Assembly (NCBI GenBank): GCA_040754655.1
Contig: JBFMCE010000061.1
Location: forward strand, 1 to 23,606
DNA from: Bdellovibrionota bacterium
Lineage (GTDB): Bacteria > Bdellovibrionota > UBA1018 > UBA923
Length of the DNA stretch: 23,606 nucleotides
Reading direction: 5' to 3'
The notes below the pieces were generated by a model, which saw only the letters and a program-made list of their open reading frames with translations, was not told the origin of the DNA and did not search any database. The position numbers and the translations under genes were made by a program. Positions 21,686 to 23,606 of the stretch are shown here, piece after piece (position 1 is the first letter of the stretch; every line of letters begins with the position of its first letter).

Positions 21686-23605
21686 TCAGTTCATGTACTC
21701 GAAGTTTGCAAACTTCAAAACGAATTTTTTTACAACTCGTCCCGCAAACTCAACCGTGACCTTGGCGTCTTGGCTTGAACCTTCGACCCCGCGGATGATC
21801 CCGATCCCATAGGTGCCGTGCTTTACTTTCATTCCAACTTGAGAAGAGGACGATGAGGAAGACCCAGAAGCCGTTGAAGTTGGTCGGGTATAGGACATCG
21901 CGGGTCCGGTATAAGAATCGTGTGCTGCTCGCGCCTCATATCCACCGAAGTCATCGTCGTCATTTCGACGGGAGCTGCGTTGAAAATTTCCTTGAAACCG
22001 AGAAAGGTCATTGAATTCGATAAAGTCTTCTGGGATCTCTTGAAAGAAACGAGCCGGATCATGGTAAACGATATTGCCATAAACACGCCTGCAAACCGCA
22101 TGTGTCATATAGAGCTTGCGTTTGGCTCTGGTCATACCGACATAACAAAGCCTGCGTTCTTCTTCGATGTCTTCATCGGTTTCTTCCTCGTAGGGCCGGA
22201 TCGAGGGGAACAATCCCTCCTCAAGCCCCACCATGAAGACGAGCGGAAACTCTAGGCCTTTGCTTGTATGCAAGGTCATCAAAGAAAGCGTTCCCGCAGT
22301 AGCGTTTAACGCGTTTTCAGTTGCTGCGGCTTCTTGTTCTCCAACAAGGGTTACGTTTTCCAGGAAAAGAGGCAAAAGCGTCTCAGCCTGAGGCATATCG
22401 GGAACCGGCGTTGAGGAATTGCGCGCCACTCCCTCGAGAGCCGCTCTGTGCATGGTTTCAAACTCAACCAAGATGCTATCAAATTCTTGCAAGTTCTCGA
22501 TGCGAGACAGGGACTCTTCCGTATTCTCTTGTCTTAGCTCTTCTACATAACGCGTTCGATCCATCAGTTCATGATAAAACTCAGAAAGAGTTTTGGTTTT
22601 CAGGAACCCTCTCAGCTCATCGAGCAAAGCCACGAACTCGGTGACCTTCTTTTTGGGTGAGCCCGAGAGCAAATCAGACTGCGTCACAAGACGAAGGGCT
22701 TGCTCGAAGGTCGTGCCCTGACGGATTGAAATTTCCTCGATTTTTTCAACCGTCGCTTTACCGATCGAGCGCTGAGGAACATTGATAATGCGTTTAAAAC
22801 TGATCCCATCATTTGGGTTGGTCAATACCCTGAAATAGGCCAAGACATCCTTGATCTCTTTGCGATCATAGAATCGAAGCCCGCCCACAACCTTGTAAGG
22901 CACGCGTTCGCGCCTCAAGACATCTTCAAGAACGCGAGACTGGGCGTTAGTCCGGTAGAAGACAGCGGCATCACTGAATGCATACCCGTTGGCTGCGCAT
23001 TCCTGCTTCATTCGGCTTACAACAAGCTCTGCTTCCGCGCGGTCATCGCTGACCTGGAAACGAGAAATGCGCTCGCCCAGCTCATTTTGAGTCCAAAGCG
23101 TTTTGGCTTTCCTTGATGTGTTGTTTGCGATGACATGCGAACTAGCGCTGATGATGGTCTGGGTTGAGCGGTAGTTTTGTTCGAGCTTCACCAACACGGC
23201 TTCTGGATAGTCTTTCTCGAAGTCGAGGATGTTTCGGATATCGGCCCCTCGCCATCGGTAGATAGATTGGTCTTCATCCCCCACAACGCAAAGGTTTCGA
23301 TGTTGGGAAGCCAAGAGTTTCACCAAGAGATACTGCGCCCTGTTGGTGTCTTGATACTCATCGACGTGAATGAATTGATAGAGCTTTTGATATTTATCGA
23401 GCAGATCAGGATTGTCTCTCAACAACCTGTAAGTCAAGGTGATGATCTCGCCGAAGTCGATCGCATTATTCTTGAAAAGCTCACGCTGGTACAGTTCATA
23501 AACGCGAGAAAGATTCTTCGCGTATAAGTTGAAGGCGCTGTCTTCAAGCTCGTGTGGTTCAAGCGCTGAGCATTTCGCATTGTTGATGCCATGTTGAAAG
23601 CTCTT
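21686..23605 (-). CDS. pcrA: PcrA/UvrD SF1 helicase (5' part outside window)
   Basis: Frame is open to the window edge. Motifs VDEYQDTN, VGDEDQSIYRWRGA, LEQNYRST, YRTNAQSR, MTLHTSKGLEF, EERRLCYVGMTRAK, and a C-terminal Tudor-like domain (VGMKVKHGTYGIG). Confidence 0.96.
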   Translation of the reverse strand, partial: KSFQHGINNAKCSALEPHELEDSAFNLYAKNLSRVYELYQRELFKNNAIDFGEIITLTYRLLRDNPDLLDKYQKLYQFIHVDEYQDTNRAQYLLVKLLASQHRNLCVVGDEDQSIYRWRGADIRNILDFEKDYPEAVLVKLEQNYRSTQTIISASSHVIANNTSRKAKTLWTQNELGERISRFQVSDDRAEAELVVSRMKQECAANGYAFSDAAVFYRTNAQSRVLEDVLRRERVPYKVVGGLRFYDRKEIKDVLAYFRVLTNPNDGISFKRIINVPQRSIGKATVEKIEEISIRQGTTFEQALRLVTQSDLLSGSPKKKVTEFVALLDELRGFLKTKTLSEFYHELMDRTRYVEELRQENTEESLSRIENLQEFDSILVEFETMHRAALEGVARNSSTPVPDMPQAETLLPLFLENVTLVGEQEAAATENALNATAGTLSLMTLHTSKGLEFPLVFMVGLEEGLFPSIRPYEEETDEDIEEERRLCYVGMTRAKRKLYMTHAVCRRVYGNIVYHDPARFFQEIPEDFIEFNDLSRFQGNFQRSSRRNDDDDFGGYEARAAHDSYTGPAMSYTRPTSTASGSSSSSSSQVGMKVKHGTYGIGIIRGVEGSSQDAKVTVEFAGRVVKKFVLKFANFEYMN

Positions 23606-23606
23606 C

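Overview
Bacterial core-genome window. Gene content and rRNA style suggest a deltaproteobacteria-like lineage, possibly Bdellovibrionota; this is inference, not a database assignment. Positions 1-6320 hold a complete minus-strand rRNA locus in an unusual order: tRNA-Ala(UGC), 16S, tRNA-Ile(GAU), 23S, 5S. It has long spacers, two boxA sites and both RNase III processing stems. Upstream on the same strand is ftsY-zapA-5-formylTHF cyclo-ligase-YmdB/TIGR00282 phosphoesterase-tyrS, with no room for the 6S RNA or rny genes often found in this synteny block. The middle has a plus-strand orphan membrane protein, a DUF971-thiolase pair, and a plus-strand pair (coiled-coil protein and a 60-aa FliG-like fragment). 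The right part is a tightly packed minus-strand run: pcrA/uvrD (truncated by the window edge), gatCAB, two lipoproteins, an AsmA-family protein, a third lipoprotein and ppx/gppA. I saw no mobile element, CRISPR array or defence system. The best novelty candidates are the relocated tRNA-Ala, the AsmA plus three-lipoprotein module, the mini-FliG-like ORF, the missing ssrS/rny and a rewired 5S loop E.
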